NCBI GenBank assembly: GCA_023515725.1
Contig: JALDTO010000208.1
Span: 778,534-842,533 of the forward strand
Origin: Amoeboaphelidium protococcarum X5
Taxonomy: Eukaryota; Fungi; Aphelidiomycota
Direction: 5' to 3'
Length of the DNA stretch: 64,000 nucleotides
Every line of letters starts with the position of its first letter. Positions within the stretch are counted from its first letter, which is position 1. Made by a program: the position numbers and the translations under genes. Of the stretch, positions 24,698-40,758 are shown piece after piece. Below the pieces are notes generated by a model. That model ran no database searches. It saw only the letters and a program-made list of their open reading frames with translations, and was not told where the DNA came from.

Positions 24698-25603
24698 ATG
24701 TATACAGACGAAGAAAAACGGTTGATGTCTGAGAAGCTGGAAAAATCAGAGGCTGTTGCGCGGAAAGAGGTCGAAGCCGTTTAAGCATATGAGAATCTTC
24801 TGGTGTCGTAGATTTTGAACGATGATGTGGTGGCAGGCAAGTATCATTTCCCATCGCCCGATTTCCCACTTACACCTGGCATGACGTGTAAACCACCGGA
24901 TATACCTTTTGTAATATATGATAATGTTATCAAAGTTCGACAACAATATCCTTAAATGTCAAAGCTGCGTAATAATAAGGACGTGACTGAAGAAGAGCCA
25001 GTCCCCAGGCTTCCCATCTATCAATTTAGAAAAATGATAAAAATGGAGCTGCCATCTTACAGATACCTTCGCAAGGCAATAGGCGCAAGAAGCTTTGCGT
25101 ATCAAGATAATCTCAGAAATTAGTTGAATTTAAAGTATGCTAAGCAGAAGTGTTGCACTGCATGCCGCTTACCAGTTGACTATTATCAAAATCAACACGA
25201 GTATGGTGAGACTGTGCAAGTTCATGAGGCAGTTTTAGAAATGCTTTATAATGCAAAGGATCGCTTCTCTACCCGCAATAGTAATAACAATAGAAACGCG
25301 TCGACAATGGATCATTCTAAACGGAAGAGGCAAGCGGAAACTGATAATGAGGATGGTGATAATGAGGATAGTTGGCAGGAGGAGGAATTAGAGCGATATA
25401 AGCACAACGAAGCTGATGTAATTGCACTTGATGTCATTGCTGATCAGGGTGTATCAATGTTCTAGTAGTGTGAAGTAAAGGGCAAATTGTGCTATCCGTG
25501 CTTTTATCTACGCATCAAACGCGGCTATTATCGTCACTACCAAGGCGATAAGGAAGCTCTTGCTGCAGACTTGAAGATATTTGGTAAAAGCCTGCCTCTT
25601 TGA
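24698..25603 (+). CDS. Hypothetical protein with CxxC...CxxC putative zinc site split by an acidic/basic insert, 301 aa
   Basis: Open TAR=Gln frame from ATG 24698 to TGA 25601-25603; CCTACR and LCYPCF motifs. Confidence 0.6.
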
Positions 25604-25846
25604 CTTTCCTATATACATTATGTTGATATACTTTGAATTGTGTAAAGTAATCAGAGTTTTTAATCTAACGCCAGTAAATCCATGTTTTACAATTGAGCCT
25701 TGTATTTTCCATCACGTTTGAAACTACTGGTAACCCCGGCTTATTGTTCCCCTCTTCACACTCAACGACAGAAACGCGACGCGCATTAATTCTCTCTCAT
25801 CTTTTTCAGAGTAATCATCGACAGGTGATACGCTTTATTGTTTAAA

Positions 25847-27577
25847 ATGCTTGGACATGTACATACCCTCTAAGATAACAATTAGGATGAAAGATTATGC
25901 AAGAGGATACGGTTGCATTATGACCAAGACCAAGGATTTGTTGCAAAAGCTCTAGAGGCTGACAGCGACACCGGGTCAGAGTGCTCTGATGACAAGTAGA
26001 ATGATGCGATTGGTGGTCAAAATACTTCATCGCCCGTGTCTAGATACGATGATATTTCATCTAGTGATGTGGATTAGTCAAATGAGTAGTAACCATAGAT
26101 CTAAATTCAGCCAGATGTTGATCTTGAAGAAGAATTTCGCCAAGTGTTTGAGGATGATGAAGATGATCTAATGCTATTGCACGCGGATAACTATTTCGAT
26201 CTTGAAGGGGCGTTAGATTGCGATTTCGATGAGCTGGAAAGACTTGCAACTAATGTGTGGACTGATCGAGAAAAGGATTAGCTTTATCATTGTCTGAGAT
26301 CGTATCCTCAGTGGAATATCACAAAATATGAGTAAATAATCAGGACCAAGACCGCGCGCTAAATTGAATAGTATCTGAATTTACTTCGACGTGGATCTCT
26401 AGCTGTTGGAATGCCAGTTGAGCAGGAAGAAGCGTGTGATGATCTGTCCTGTCAAAGTGATGAAGATGAACTGGAGAATACGATGGAAATTTGGAATATC
26501 AGAGATGACATCATGGGCAAGAGGTCAAGTATAATGCCCACAGACCAAGAATGGCACTATGTCGGCAGAGAGTATGATTTGGCTGAGGAACGCGCTGCTT
26601 ATCTCGTCTCGAAACAGGAAGAGTGGGAAGCGATCAAGATGGAGCGATTGCGAAACGGTCTGAGTGTTCAGATCGCGTCAAACTGGCGACAGCTTGTCGA
26701 ACACAAAGAGTACGAGCGCATTAAGCAAAATCCTCATTTCATGTACAAGGGCCACAATTCGTATCTGGTGTATTCTAATCAGTAGTATAACCAGATCGCT
26801 CCTGAAGATCAGTACAAGTTTTTTCGTGGATGGATTTATTAGAATATAGAAACGGATCATCGTCATCCTGAAGTTACTTATTACGCGGAGAAATTCTTGG
26901 GCGCGTAGTCTGATGACGAGTTTGACAGCGATGACGATGAAGAAGAAGCAACATTGTAGTAGAAACCGACTAAGAAGGTTGTTAAGAAGACGGCTAAGAA
27001 GACTAAGAAATAGTCAAACTTGAAGGCGGACAAAAAGGCTGCTGTAGTATCTCCGTATATTGATATCTTTTATATCAACAACTTGAAGCAGCTGGCGCGT
27101 TTTGTGTTCATTAATCACCCAGATGCCCATATCTTGGAGGAGTCGTTTATCTATATGTTCATGGCGCTGATTGAAGACTTTATTACCCCAATGCTGCACA
27201 TCCTGAGTGGCCAGGATTTAGAGTATTTGCAAATGTATTCTGATAGGCACACTACGCGACATTATTCAATGACAAATTTGAAAAGGAGAACTCAGTTTAC
27301 AATTGATCGTTAAATGATTGAAGATGGTTTATATGCGTGGCAGCTGAATAGAAAGAGTTGTTACTGCAAATCTCCAGTTCATACGCGACTTGGCCCTCTG
27401 ATTTAGCGTTGGATATCAAAATTGGCAAAGCCGAGACGGCCAATAGAATACTCTGAAGGGAATATCGAGTAATTTATGGATGATAGAACTGAATTCCGAC
27501 GGTATCTATAATAACATCTGACTGTGCGGTCTGAAATAGATATTGAAGAAGATGACTAAAGCACCGAGTAACATTGA
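25847..27577 (+). CDS. SANT/Myb-domain nuclear protein, Rrn5-like (RNA pol I UAF subunit), 576 aa
   Basis: WTDREKDQLYHCLRSYPQWNITKYEQIIRTKTARQIEQYLNLLRR SANT motif; acidic N-terminus; C-terminal helical, possibly histone-fold, region. Rrn5 identity is inferred. Confidence 0.6.
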
Positions 27578-27663
27578 TGATCGATTTGTACAATACATAT
27601 AACGTTGCTTTTCTAAAGTTATTATTCAGCCACCATAGTGACTGGTCATCAGTCAACTTTTAC

Positions 27664-29142
27664 TCAATCTATGACTTCTGTCAAGCCCCATTTTACTTTT
27701 TCATATTCGCTTATCACCTCACCACCACCAAAGTTCCAAACATAGACTTTCTAGTCAAAAGAGCTACTGACGATACGACTACCATCAAATCTTAGATTCC
27801 AAACTGGAGCCAGATGCTTTCGGAGAGAGTACAAGAGAGTGCCTTAGGATAAAGACCAGACTTTTATGGTTTTATCGCTAGATCCACTGACAATTTTGTC
27901 TTTGTCAACTTACAGAGTAACGATATCGTCTTCATGACCGACCAGCTACTACACCTTTTTCAAATCCTTTCTACTCCAAACAGTGATGGTCTTGTTCGTG
28001 CCGCCAGCGATAATATAGCTATCGTTCATTTCTAGGCAGTAAACTTTGCTGTCGTGACCTTCAAGACGTAGTGTTTCGCAGTGATCATAACCCTCTCTGT
28101 TCCAAACACGAATGCTTCCATCACAGCTACCACTAACAATATAGTCATCATCCAGAGATACACAAGTCACAGCGTCGGTGTGACCAGTTGAAGTAGAAAT
28201 ACACTAACCGGATTTGATATCCCAGACGCGTACATCATGATCTGACGAACCAGATACAATGATGGTAGAATCAAAGTTCACACATTCAACTTCTTTTGTA
28301 TGACCAATGTACGTTTATAAACACTGTGCATCATCAATTTTCCACAATTTTACACTGCAATCTGATCCTCCGGTAACCAATAGGCCATTCTAACCAAATT
28401 TAACTGCAGATATAATACCTTAATGGCCAACTAAAGTGCAGATGGGATGACCAGACCTGGTGTCCCACAATTCAGCAACTGATGGCCTGTCTGAGATCGG
28501 GGAAACGGATAAGGCACGGTCGAGTTCAGAGGATACTTGTACGCAGATTTCGCTGTAAACACCAGCTGGTGGTAACTATTGCCGCTGCTACTTCTATTTT
28601 ACTGCCGTCTCTACAATGTATCTACCACGTTTCCAATTGATCTCTGTCAGATAATTCTCAATCAGAATTTTCTTCCACGGAGCTCTGGAGTGAAACAGGG
28701 AGGGCGAAGTGGACAATACCAGAGTATTCGGCGCAGAATTTCGCTATCGCGCAGTATTTATGATAGATTTACATCCTATCTGATTACTTTTCTGAGCATG
28801 CATCATTAATCGCCAATGCTGGATCGGACGGTAGTTGTGTTGCCTGCACACCATCTTCCAAATCTCTTCGTTATGCTCAATCACACCACGCCATTGTCTT
28901 GAAACAATCAGGCAGGCGGCAAGATCAGAGGCACCCAAATTGGCCAATATTAACACGGCCAATTCTACAGGCAGTTTTGATACGAAATCAATTTTTATAT
29001 AATCTTAACTCATCTCCATTTCCTATTGTGATGTAGTAATTATTCCAGATTTAGATTAAACTTAGATGGGATAAGACTATTATTAATCAGTCTGCAAAGT
29101 ATCTGGCATTAGACCAAACAGCGCTTGTAAAGACTTTGACAT
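27664..29142 (-). CDS. F-box/WD40 repeat protein (SCF substrate receptor), 492 aa
   Basis: DFVSKLPVELAVLILANL..VSRQW F-box; repeated GH...IVSGSxDxxIxVW WD40 blades. Confidence 0.92.
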
Positions 29143-29627
29143 TTACGAAAATTGGCCATACACACTATTTATCATTTGCAAGTATTAATTAAAAGTTGCT
29201 TAACCGTTAGATATCCGACGATTAAATGTGAGTTACTTAAAGTTAGATGCAAAAGGTCAAACATCATGTGATCAAGGCTATTTTCGGTTCCAATTCAAAC
29301 CAACTATAGCAATCGATCATCCAAATTTATCTCGACTATAATTATTAATTAAGAAAGAGAATCCCATATTACAGATCATCATAAAAAGGCTACTATTTAG
29401 CACGATACACCTTAATCTTAAATAAAGCAAAGTACAAATGTTTTGTACATTATCAAAGTTTATCTTGAAACAACCATTCACAGTCATTGCGCGTTTGATC
29501 GTTCAGGACGAATTTTCACGCCCTCGATTTGCTCCAAATGGGAGTAAAACGCCGAGCTGAATTAAACCGAGTGAGTCGGGGGTCCGTTTCTCTTCATAAA
29601 ACGACTGCAAAGTGCGATCGATCAGAG

Positions 29628-31190
29628 ATGACCAATATGGACAATGAATTGAATGCTCTTCTTCTACCAAAGCAAAACTAAAGTTATAGACACCGTAATC
29701 TAAAGTATATTCGATGGATTGTGTTATTATTAGCGTGTCTTCTACTCTTTGGAAATTATTACTGTTATGACATCCCAGCCGCTTTGAATGTCCAGTTGCG
29801 GTAGTACATTGGTCATCCATATGATGAGTGGTAGTTTGAGTTTAATTCGCTGTATACCGCATACTCTTTCCCTAATCTTATATTGCCTATTTTTGGCGGT
29901 ATTATGGTGGACAGAATGGATTCGAATCGTATATTATTAATCTTCTCTGTGCTTGTGCTCTTCGGCACTTCTCTCTTCACCGTGGGAAGTCTGCAGAAGT
30001 TGTATTGGGTAATGATAGTGGGGCGGGCATTGTTTGGTATAGCAGGAGAGTCTCTAGAGGTGGCATAAGCCAAGATTACTACAGATTGGTTCCGAGATCA
30101 TTCTCTTGGACTTGCGTTGGGATTCAATCTTACAGTTGCGCGTCTGGCCACAGCTCTAAATGATATTATAAGTCCAGCTATATTCAGTTCTTTTAATCTT
30201 GCATCAGCTTTGTGGTTTGGTACTATAACATGTTTATTTAGCCTCTTATGTGGTCTTTTGTTGGCTTGGATTAATGGTAAATATTACAAATTTATTGACA
30301 AGGAGAAGGACTATACCTACTATGATGACAAAGAAGATTCTGTAGATTGTCTTGGATTACGTAAAGATGAATCTGTGTCAACTTTATGTTCAACTGGAGT
30401 TATTTATTAGACATAAAGTGGAAATTGTGTATTATAATAGTAGCAATAAAATGATGACGATGATGACTCTTCCAATAGTTGCTCAGTGATGAAAAGTGAT
30501 GATGATAGTTGCGCGAGTGAGTAGACTATGCAAGACTCACCTCAGTCAGAATCTATTGAAGGATCTGTGCATTTAAGAGATTTGTTTTAGTTACCTCTCT
30601 CATTCTGGATTCTTTGTTTAACTATCATTGCTTATTATGGCGCAGTTAATCCATTCATTCATATACTATCAGATTTGCTACAACTTAGATGGTATCATGA
30701 CGATGTATAGACCGCTGGAAAGGTGATGGCAATCCCGGATGTAGTCAGTGCCGTAGGATCACCGATCTGTGGATGGCTTTTGGATGTTGTAACGCGTCGG
30801 CGGTTTGGCTCTCAAGTGGTCAGATCTATATTTCTGCCTATATCTGGACTTCTCTTAGTTTTGGTGCATTACCTGATCGGATTTACCAATGTTGATCCCA
30901 GAATATCCCTCTTTATCCTCGGAACTTCATACTCAATCTTTGGCGCGTCAATGTGGCCTCTAGTCCCACACCTGGTTAAGAATTCAGCTTTTCTGGGAAC
31001 TGCGTATGGCATTAGCACTGTGGCCATGAATGTTGCGCTTACCTTTGTTCCCCTTGTAATTGCAAAAATCTTGGCTACCAATTCATACAGGGAAGTGTCC
31101 ATGTTCTTCATTGCTCTATCATCCGTTGGCGTTCTCTTGAGTATCATGGTCGGTATTGTAGACTTTAGATGTCGTGTTAATAGCAGTTGA
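29628..31190 (+). CDS. MFS transporter, MFSD1-like, 520 aa
   Basis: FGNYYCYDIPAAL, LYTAYSFPNLILPIFGGIMVD, GRALFGIAGESLEVA[TAA=Q], LGTAYG. Confidence 0.88.
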
Positions 31191-31671
31191 TGTTCATTAT
31201 AAGATGGTACATTTATAAGATCAAATTCACTATTGTTTTTCTGTTGTTGATATCTCTTGCATAGAACGTCTTGCACGTTCTGTTGCACATCTCGGAGACA
31301 TTGCAATTATGAGCCGGCCTTTTCACGCTCTGCCGCCCCTCTCATTATAAGCAACTGTTTTAATCAATCGGTAGCTATTTTTACTCCAACTTAGATTTCT
31401 AGCAACTCCTTGGAAGTATTCATTTCGATTAGAATTATTGAGTGATGAGATATTTTTAGCCTTCATCACTAATTGTTGTGTTGTTACAGCTACCACATTT
31501 ACAATATTTCGGTTGAGAGGCAGATTCTATCTTTTGATTGTATTCGCTATTAATACATCATATATATACTCTCTGTCGATATTGTGACCGAGTCAACTAA
31601 TATCGCTCTATTAACAAGTCTCTTGCATTGATTTACAGATTGATTAAGTAAAAGATTTCTGAATACTGAAA

Positions 31672-33990
<2,319 letters not shown>

Positions 33991-34477
33991 AGATGCCTTA
34001 TGGTCAGTTGTGTGTTGGTCAAATGATTAAATCAATGAGGAACAGTGATGATGAAGTAGATGTGATGATGAATATATATTTTAGTGCTACAATCTTCCCT
34101 TTATGAGAGAGAGAGCAATGATAATGGTTGATTTTCACAGTTAACCACTTGACTCGACTCGATGGTCCTAAATCATTCAATGACAGCTTATGACTATAAT
34201 AGTGCCTCAATTTACGTGAGTCTTTTCACCTTTTCTGAGTGACTGTGCTCTGTGCAACACCTATTTCTCGTGAATGTAACAGCATGATCTTGTGTGGCCA
34301 ATCAGAGACGATTGCAGGTGCCACATAGATTAATATCAGCCAAGCATTTAATTTGCCGTGATCAACGAGTAACATAGACTTGAGCCACTCGTACTGCACT
34401 TCCTTTGTCTTGTGATACAATCGTCTTTATATTCACATTCCACTGATAAAAGATACAGATTATATACATTACTAGAT

Positions 34478-36208
34478 ATGCCTTCCATTAAAAGTGTATT
34501 TGTATCCTTGGTGTTAGCCACACTGTCCGGTCTTAATGCTCAAGAAGTCAAGTGTCCGAATGGCGTGTGGCCTCGTTATGATTTCAACGACATGCCTGAT
34601 GATGCTTTGACAGAGTATTTTCAAGCGGTCAATGAGCTCTACCAGAATGGCGTTATGTACAGGCTGGCTAAAACTCACGAGAATAACTATGAGGCTTGGC
34701 ATTTGAATCAGGATTTCCTGGCTGTCCATCGTTAGTTTAGCTTAGAGTTTGAGAGAGAGCTGCGTAAAGTTAAGCCAGATGTGATCATACCTATCTGGTA
34801 ATGGACTAATGACGCTGAAAATCCTGCAGCCTCGCGTATCTGGCAATACTACAGTCGTAATGGCTTCAATCCTGTCTCTGATAAGCATCTGAGCATTCCC
34901 GGCGTGGACTCTGAAAATTATCCTACATGGAGTACGTATTGTATTCGTAACATCACTCAGAATGAGCCGGTCAGAGGCTAAATTGCCAATTTCAATAGCG
35001 TTTACAATATGATCTCCACCTTGAATTTCGCTGCATTCTCCTCTGCGTTAGAGTACGGTCCTCACATGTCTGTACATGCCAATGCTGGTGGTTTATACAG
35101 CACTTTCTTCTCTAACCATAGTCCTCGTGATTCACTGTTCTTCCTCCATCATGGATTTATTGACAAGATTTATTGGTGGTTTTAAATGTACGACAATGGT
35201 AAGCGCTTCTCAGAGTATGGTGGTGTCAATTCTAGAAATCGTCCGATTAATGGAGAGAGTATTGTGCCAGGCTTTTAGGGCCAGGTGCGAATTGATTCTC
35301 TGTTTGACGTGCAAGATTTGTGCTACACTTACATGCCGTCTGGCTCCAGGTTTGAGCGTGGGCCGTTGAGGAACATTAATAGGCAGAGAGATATTGATGT
35401 TGCCAATGCTGAGTTGCGCTCACTGGCAGGATTGGCTCCTCCATCGCCATAGCCTCCAGCACCTTAGCCTCCTGCTCCATAGCCTCCAGCGCCACAACCC
35501 CCTGCTCCATAGCCATCGACACCAACTCCTCATCCTCCTTCACCTGCCCCAGCTCCACAACATCCTACCCCAAGTCCGCAAAGCTCCACAGTCTTTGGGT
35601 AGTCACATACTCCTACCTTTTCTACTGCGTCACCGGTCAAAAGTCCTCATACTGACTCTCCTGCTCCTAAACCTATACAATTGCCTAGCACTGGTCCAAA
35701 GCCCCATCAAAATGCTACCTAGAATCGTAATACGACTCATGCAGATTCCGGTCACAAGAATCAGACCATCGCTCCAATGTTCAGCGAATGGGCTTTGAAA
35801 GCTATGGCGTCGATCCGTGAACAAATGCTCACTGCTGAGGCTATTACAATGGCTGCTAAAAGTGCAGACTTCAAGAAATGGTACGATCCTCAGGCAAGCA
35901 ACATGGGTATTCCGAAGACGTATGGTGTAGCTAAGCCTGAGTTTTGCGAAAAGCCTGGTCACATGTCCATGAAGGTATCTCAAAGAGAGGCCCATTATGC
36001 AGCCGTCGAGTAGGCGAAGAATGCCTCTACGCCTTAGCATTCTGGTTCTCCTTTAGGTTTCGTGTCGAATAAGACAAATTCTCATGCTGAGAATACTGGT
36101 GACAAGGCTCTAGAGGATGTGATGGGCTCTAGTCAAAATGGAGCTTCTTCCGTGATGGCATCTGCGTTTGTGTCTGCTGCGACAATATTATTATCGATGA
36201 TGATTTGA
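34478..36208 (+). CDS. Secreted tyrosinase-family (di-copper) protein 1 with Pro-rich stalk and GPI-like tail, 576 aa
   Basis: Signal peptide; CuA H-x7-H-x8-H (KTHENNYEAWHLNQDFLAVHR); CuB GPHMSVH..FFLHHGFID; PQPPA repeats; hydrophobic C-terminus. Confidence 0.9.
35441..35514 (+). repeat. Coding 15-bp tandem repeat (PQPPA)x5
   Basis: cca-tag-cct-cca-gca type units; the Gln position is TAG in four units and CAA in one. Confidence 0.8.
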
Positions 36209-36613
36209 TACTTAATGCAATTTTAATTTTATAAGATATCATGCCGACTAATTAATTTTTCATTTCATATAATTCTATTTGGTATGTGCTAATAGTGGTT
36301 ATATCGAAGTGACCGTTCTGCCACCTGCGACTAAGTTTACGCGCCTTCATCAGGAAGTCAGAATGCTCAATATTGACCAAATATTGACTAAATATTTAAC
36401 TCCAGTTTTGCTTTAAATATACAGTAAATATCGATACCTTTTGAAAAATAAAATGCGAGATGACAAATATTTAAAACGCCATCCAATATATTCACAAGGC
36501 CCATAGATATTAATCACTTGCGCAAATATTGCTCAACGTCTTAAAGAAAGAATATCTGGTTAAATAATGAATCGATATTTAATACGTTCATCAAGTTCAC
36601 CCATTTACTTCAA

Positions 36614-38045
36614 TCATTGCTTTAACAGCGACTGAAATACCCCCAGATTTCGGCGATCGTGCCATGACTTGCCGGAGGTGGCGCCATTCTCGTCATTATC
36701 CTCCTCCTCCAGATCTCTTGAGTAGAAATCCAGAGGGTGGACGTACTTCATCTCAGAGGCTCGGGCAGCCACCTCCGCGTCAGCAAAAGCGTCGTCGATG
36801 AATTAAAGGAATTTTAGATAATCGACGTATTCTCGTCTTGACTCGGCCTCTTCATTCTTGAACGTCTTCTCGTTCAATCTCATTGCAATCTACATAGTGA
36901 TTTTTCATAGTAAGTATAATCATTAAAATATCACCGACGCTTACCAACGTGCATACTGCTGCTAGAAATTTTTCGTTGACATCGCCTTAATTGATATGAA
37001 TCTTCATTGCCAGGTCCTTCACCACTTGAACAAAGTATGGATTATTGAATGGCTTATCCTACATAAATAAGTTACTCATGTTAAACTAAATTGCCATATG
37101 AGAGAGAATTACCTCCTGCATTATAAACTTGTCATCATTTAATCCAGGCAAATCTTCCAACTTTATCTTGAAGTAGGCCGCAATCTGTTGTGGTTAAAAA
37201 AATTGAGATAATAACGCCGACCTCTTTACTCCAAATGATGCACCCGCCTACAACGTAATGTACATGTAACTTCACTATATAAAAGATTATTACCTTTTAA
37301 ATTATAGCACGAAGTTATGATCTACCGAGTTAAGATCCGATATCTTGCGCGACATCCTCTTCCATTAGCCTTATTAGAGTGTCCGTTCTCTCTCTCTCAT
37401 TTGGAAACAAGTTGGAAACCATCAGAGACTTTCGTATACCTTCATTCAGTTGTCTCAAGAGTTTGCACTCATAATTAGGACTCTTCTTCACACTCACTTC
37501 CTTTGGCTTCTTGTGAATTAAATTTACTCCAGCTCTCGTTCCTTGAGACACAATAACCTTGTGATTTTAAGTAGCGAGATATTGAGGCTTTGGTGAGTTT
37601 GAATTAATACTCTCATCATCATCATCTCCCAATTCAGACTCATCGTAGCTATCAGCATTGTCATCATAATAGCCAAGTTCATCATTCGATTACTGTTTGT
37701 GATCAGGCCGCTTGCTACCATTTTGTGTTTCAGCATCGACGTTGAAACGGTCGCGTTCTGTTTCAGATCTACCAGAGGACGCTCTCTTGCGGATAGCAGC
37801 AGCCTCAGATTACTAGTCAACCATACCAGACCCAACACTGACAGCATTCTTTTTTTACAATAAAGCACTAAAATCTAACTAACTAGCTTGTGGTGCAACT
37901 TTTGATGATTTACTTGCAGAATTATCACTCGATCTCTTACTACACACTTGAGAAAATGAACAAGACGCGTCAATAGGAAACTATCTTACCAGACTTTTTC
38001 AAGTTGAGACTTGGACTTCAATGCAGTCTTAGAGCTGGATCCCAT
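36614..38045 (-). CDS. Transposon accessory protein (multi-exon, about 4 short introns), unknown function
   Basis: ATG 38045 MGSSSKTALKSKSQLEKS then GTAAG intron; acidic low-complexity region then helical domain (LLRQLNEGIRKSLMVSNLFPNERER); further GT..AG introns near 37248-37293, 37059-37112, 36890-36944; ends RRNLGVFQSLLKQ-TGA. Exon borders partly tentative. Confidence 0.6.
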
Positions 38046-38125
38046 ATTAAGTTAAATGGATTATACTTCAACAATAATGACAATAATGTTATCAAGATAA
38101 GTGACTTTGGAATGTTGAATCTACT

Positions 38126-38150
38126 GAAGAGAAGAGAAGAGAAGAGAAGA
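38126..38150. repeat. (GAAGA)5 microsatellite in the divergent promoter region of the transposon
   Basis: gaagagaagagaagagaagagaaga between ATG 38045 (-) and ATG 38272 (+). Confidence 0.85.
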
Positions 38151-38271
38151 CGACTGAAACGACTTGCCACTACTTTGTTTCAATCTTGACTTCGAACGAA
38201 TCGGTCTTCTTTCTCATTTAGCAATAGATAATCCGTTATCAAATATATTTGCTATATGCTGTCAACTCTCA

Positions 38272-40758
38272 ATGTATTCGTGTTAATACTGTTCAAAGAT
38301 CTTTTAATCTCGAAGAGCTTTAAATACTCATACGGGAATGGTGCATTAATTAGAAAAACTGAAGTTGTTTGATTTGATTATTGGTATTCCGTCACATGAT
38401 GCTGCTGAATCTGCATCCAGTTCGCCATAAGAATATCAACAAGAATGTTTTGAACATCCGTCTGCTTTCGAGTAAGAGCTTGAGTATAATTTGCCATTGT
38501 CCTAGTCCTCAGCCTCTGATTAGGAATGTGAGAAAGATCTGGTTGCAGATGATGATTTAATCGATATTTCTGATAAGTCCATTCTCTGTGATTTCTCTTT
38601 TGACTCTCATCTTTATAGCTGGCTGACTCTGCTGTATACTAGAAGAATTCCTGTTAAAACTGTCAATGAGATCATAAATCTATGTCTGTTAAGCGGGCTG
38701 GATTTACGCGTTAGAAACTACAAAGACATGGTGAATCTGATTGACGAAATTCCGCTTGATGTGTATTATAATGAATATTGCATGAAAGTTAACAAATTTG
38801 AGTTTACACTGTTTGGTACGGAATTGAAAAGCTGTATACTGTCATTCTTCTAAGACAAGTTGCTGTGTTCAGTGATGAAACTTAAAGCGACTGCAAGATT
38901 CGATGATGATGGCAGTAGGGTATACTCTGATTTCAGTGATACAAATTGGTGGATGGAGGAACAGCTTAAATTCCCCCCTGATGATATTATTGTTCCTTTA
39001 ATCATTAATTCTGATGCAACATAAATGAATAAATCTGGGCGTGCTAAAGCTCATCCGGTCTATCTAACTATCGGAAATATTCCGCGCAAGTGGCGAGCAT
39101 AGGCCAATTTGGTTGGGATTAAACTCTTGGGTTTGTTACCGACTTTTAACTCATCCAACTTCCCTAAATAATCTCTATATGGAGAAATTAAACGTGTTGT
39201 ATATCATTAGTCAATTGCTATCTTATTAGATGGGCTGGAATAGCTGCACCGCGATGGCCTTGTAGTCACAGACGCTCTCAATAGGACTTATCGAATCCGC
39301 CCAATACTTGCAATGTACTCTGGCGACTATGAAGAAATAGCTCAACGAGTTTGCCTCCTCAAATCTGGAAGTGCGTGTCCTACTTGCTTGACCAGTTCTT
39401 CTCTATGGGGCGTTTATTTAGATCATTCTGATATTCAGGTTAGGAATATATAAGGTTAGACGCAACGCAATGATGTGCATGTAGACTGTCTCAATTTCTT
39501 CGGAAGTTTGCCTGGCGTTGATATTTATTAATGTGTGCCTCCTGATGAACTGCATGGTATTTGCTAAGGAGTTTTTATGCATCTTTTTGAAGGTTTACAG
39601 CAGTGGATTAGTTCTATGTTAAAGCCAAAGGTGGAGTTTGAGCTTTTGCAAGAGATTAGTTTGGCGTTCTCTAAATTGTCCAAAACAGATATCAATATTG
39701 TGTTTAGAAATGGGATATTTGATCTGAGTAATGTTACGGCTAAAGAGCATTTGCTGTTGTTGAAAGAGCTACCAGTAGTGCTTATGATGTGTTTGCCAAA
39801 GTTTTTTAGTCGCAAAAAGCTGTGGTTCCCGTATGCAGAGCCTTTTCTTCTGTTAGCACATTGGTATATGTTAATATCACCTAAGACTTGCTCTGATCGT
39901 AATTTAGCAGCATCTGAAGTAGTTCTTCGATAGTTCTTCTTCAGTAGTTTGGTATACTTGGCTGGACGAAAGATTTATAAGTTGCATAGTATGCTTCATT
40001 ATACGCTTTTCATTCGAAAGTTTGGTTCTATTGCAGTAATGAGCACGCAATCATTTGAACATGCTCACAAAAGATTTATCAAGGATATTGAAGCAATGAC
40101 CAACCATCGGCAGTAATTACCACAAATGCTCACAAGATTGGGAAGGCTGCAAAAGTTAGAATATGTGGAAAGGATTTAGACTCCAGTTGAGGCTGCTGGT
40201 GATGCCACTATTGAGAATCGAACCTTTGTCAATTTGCAGTCTAAGGTATCTTAATGTCGACTGCATCAACTGGATCATGTCAGTGGCATTCCAAGGCTGG
40301 CTGAGTCTATTCGTGATGCGTTATCAAGTGTTGATTTGCCTGATGATACTTAAGTGGTTCTTTTTAGCACTATCGTAAGGGAGTTTACTGTGCCTGGGGA
40401 TGATGTAGTATCGTTGGAATACATCAGGAGAAAGGATAGCTTTTATGGATTTGAGGTGCATGATTACGTCGCTGCTTATAACAGTTAACAATCTAATGAT
40501 ATAGTCATCGGTAAGTTTGAAATTGGACTTACGGTGCAATGTGCTGCAGGGGTGATTGATTTAGTTATATGCAGACTCTGTAAGCCTCACGTGGCGTCTG
40601 ACTCCATTCCTCTTCAATTGGTTAGGCTGACTACCGATGTAATAGTGATACCGCTAACACTGGTAGTGAAGAAGGTGTAGATATGTGAGGTTGGCGGCAT
40701 GTATGCGATCAATCCATTTAGTGATTAGTTATCCTTCTGCCTCTTCTTCCGGCAGTGA
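38272..40758 (+). CDS. Plavaka transposase with N-terminal C2H2 zinc finger, 828 aa, intact
   Basis: C[TAA]YCSKIF[TAA]SRRALNTHTGMVH finger; RVYSDFSDTNWW, PLIINSDAT[TAA]M, AHPVYLTIGNIP, YSGDYEE, CPTC, PDELHG, KLHSMLHY..IRKFGS..STQSFEHAHK. Read codon by codon: no in-frame TGA. Confidence 0.92.
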
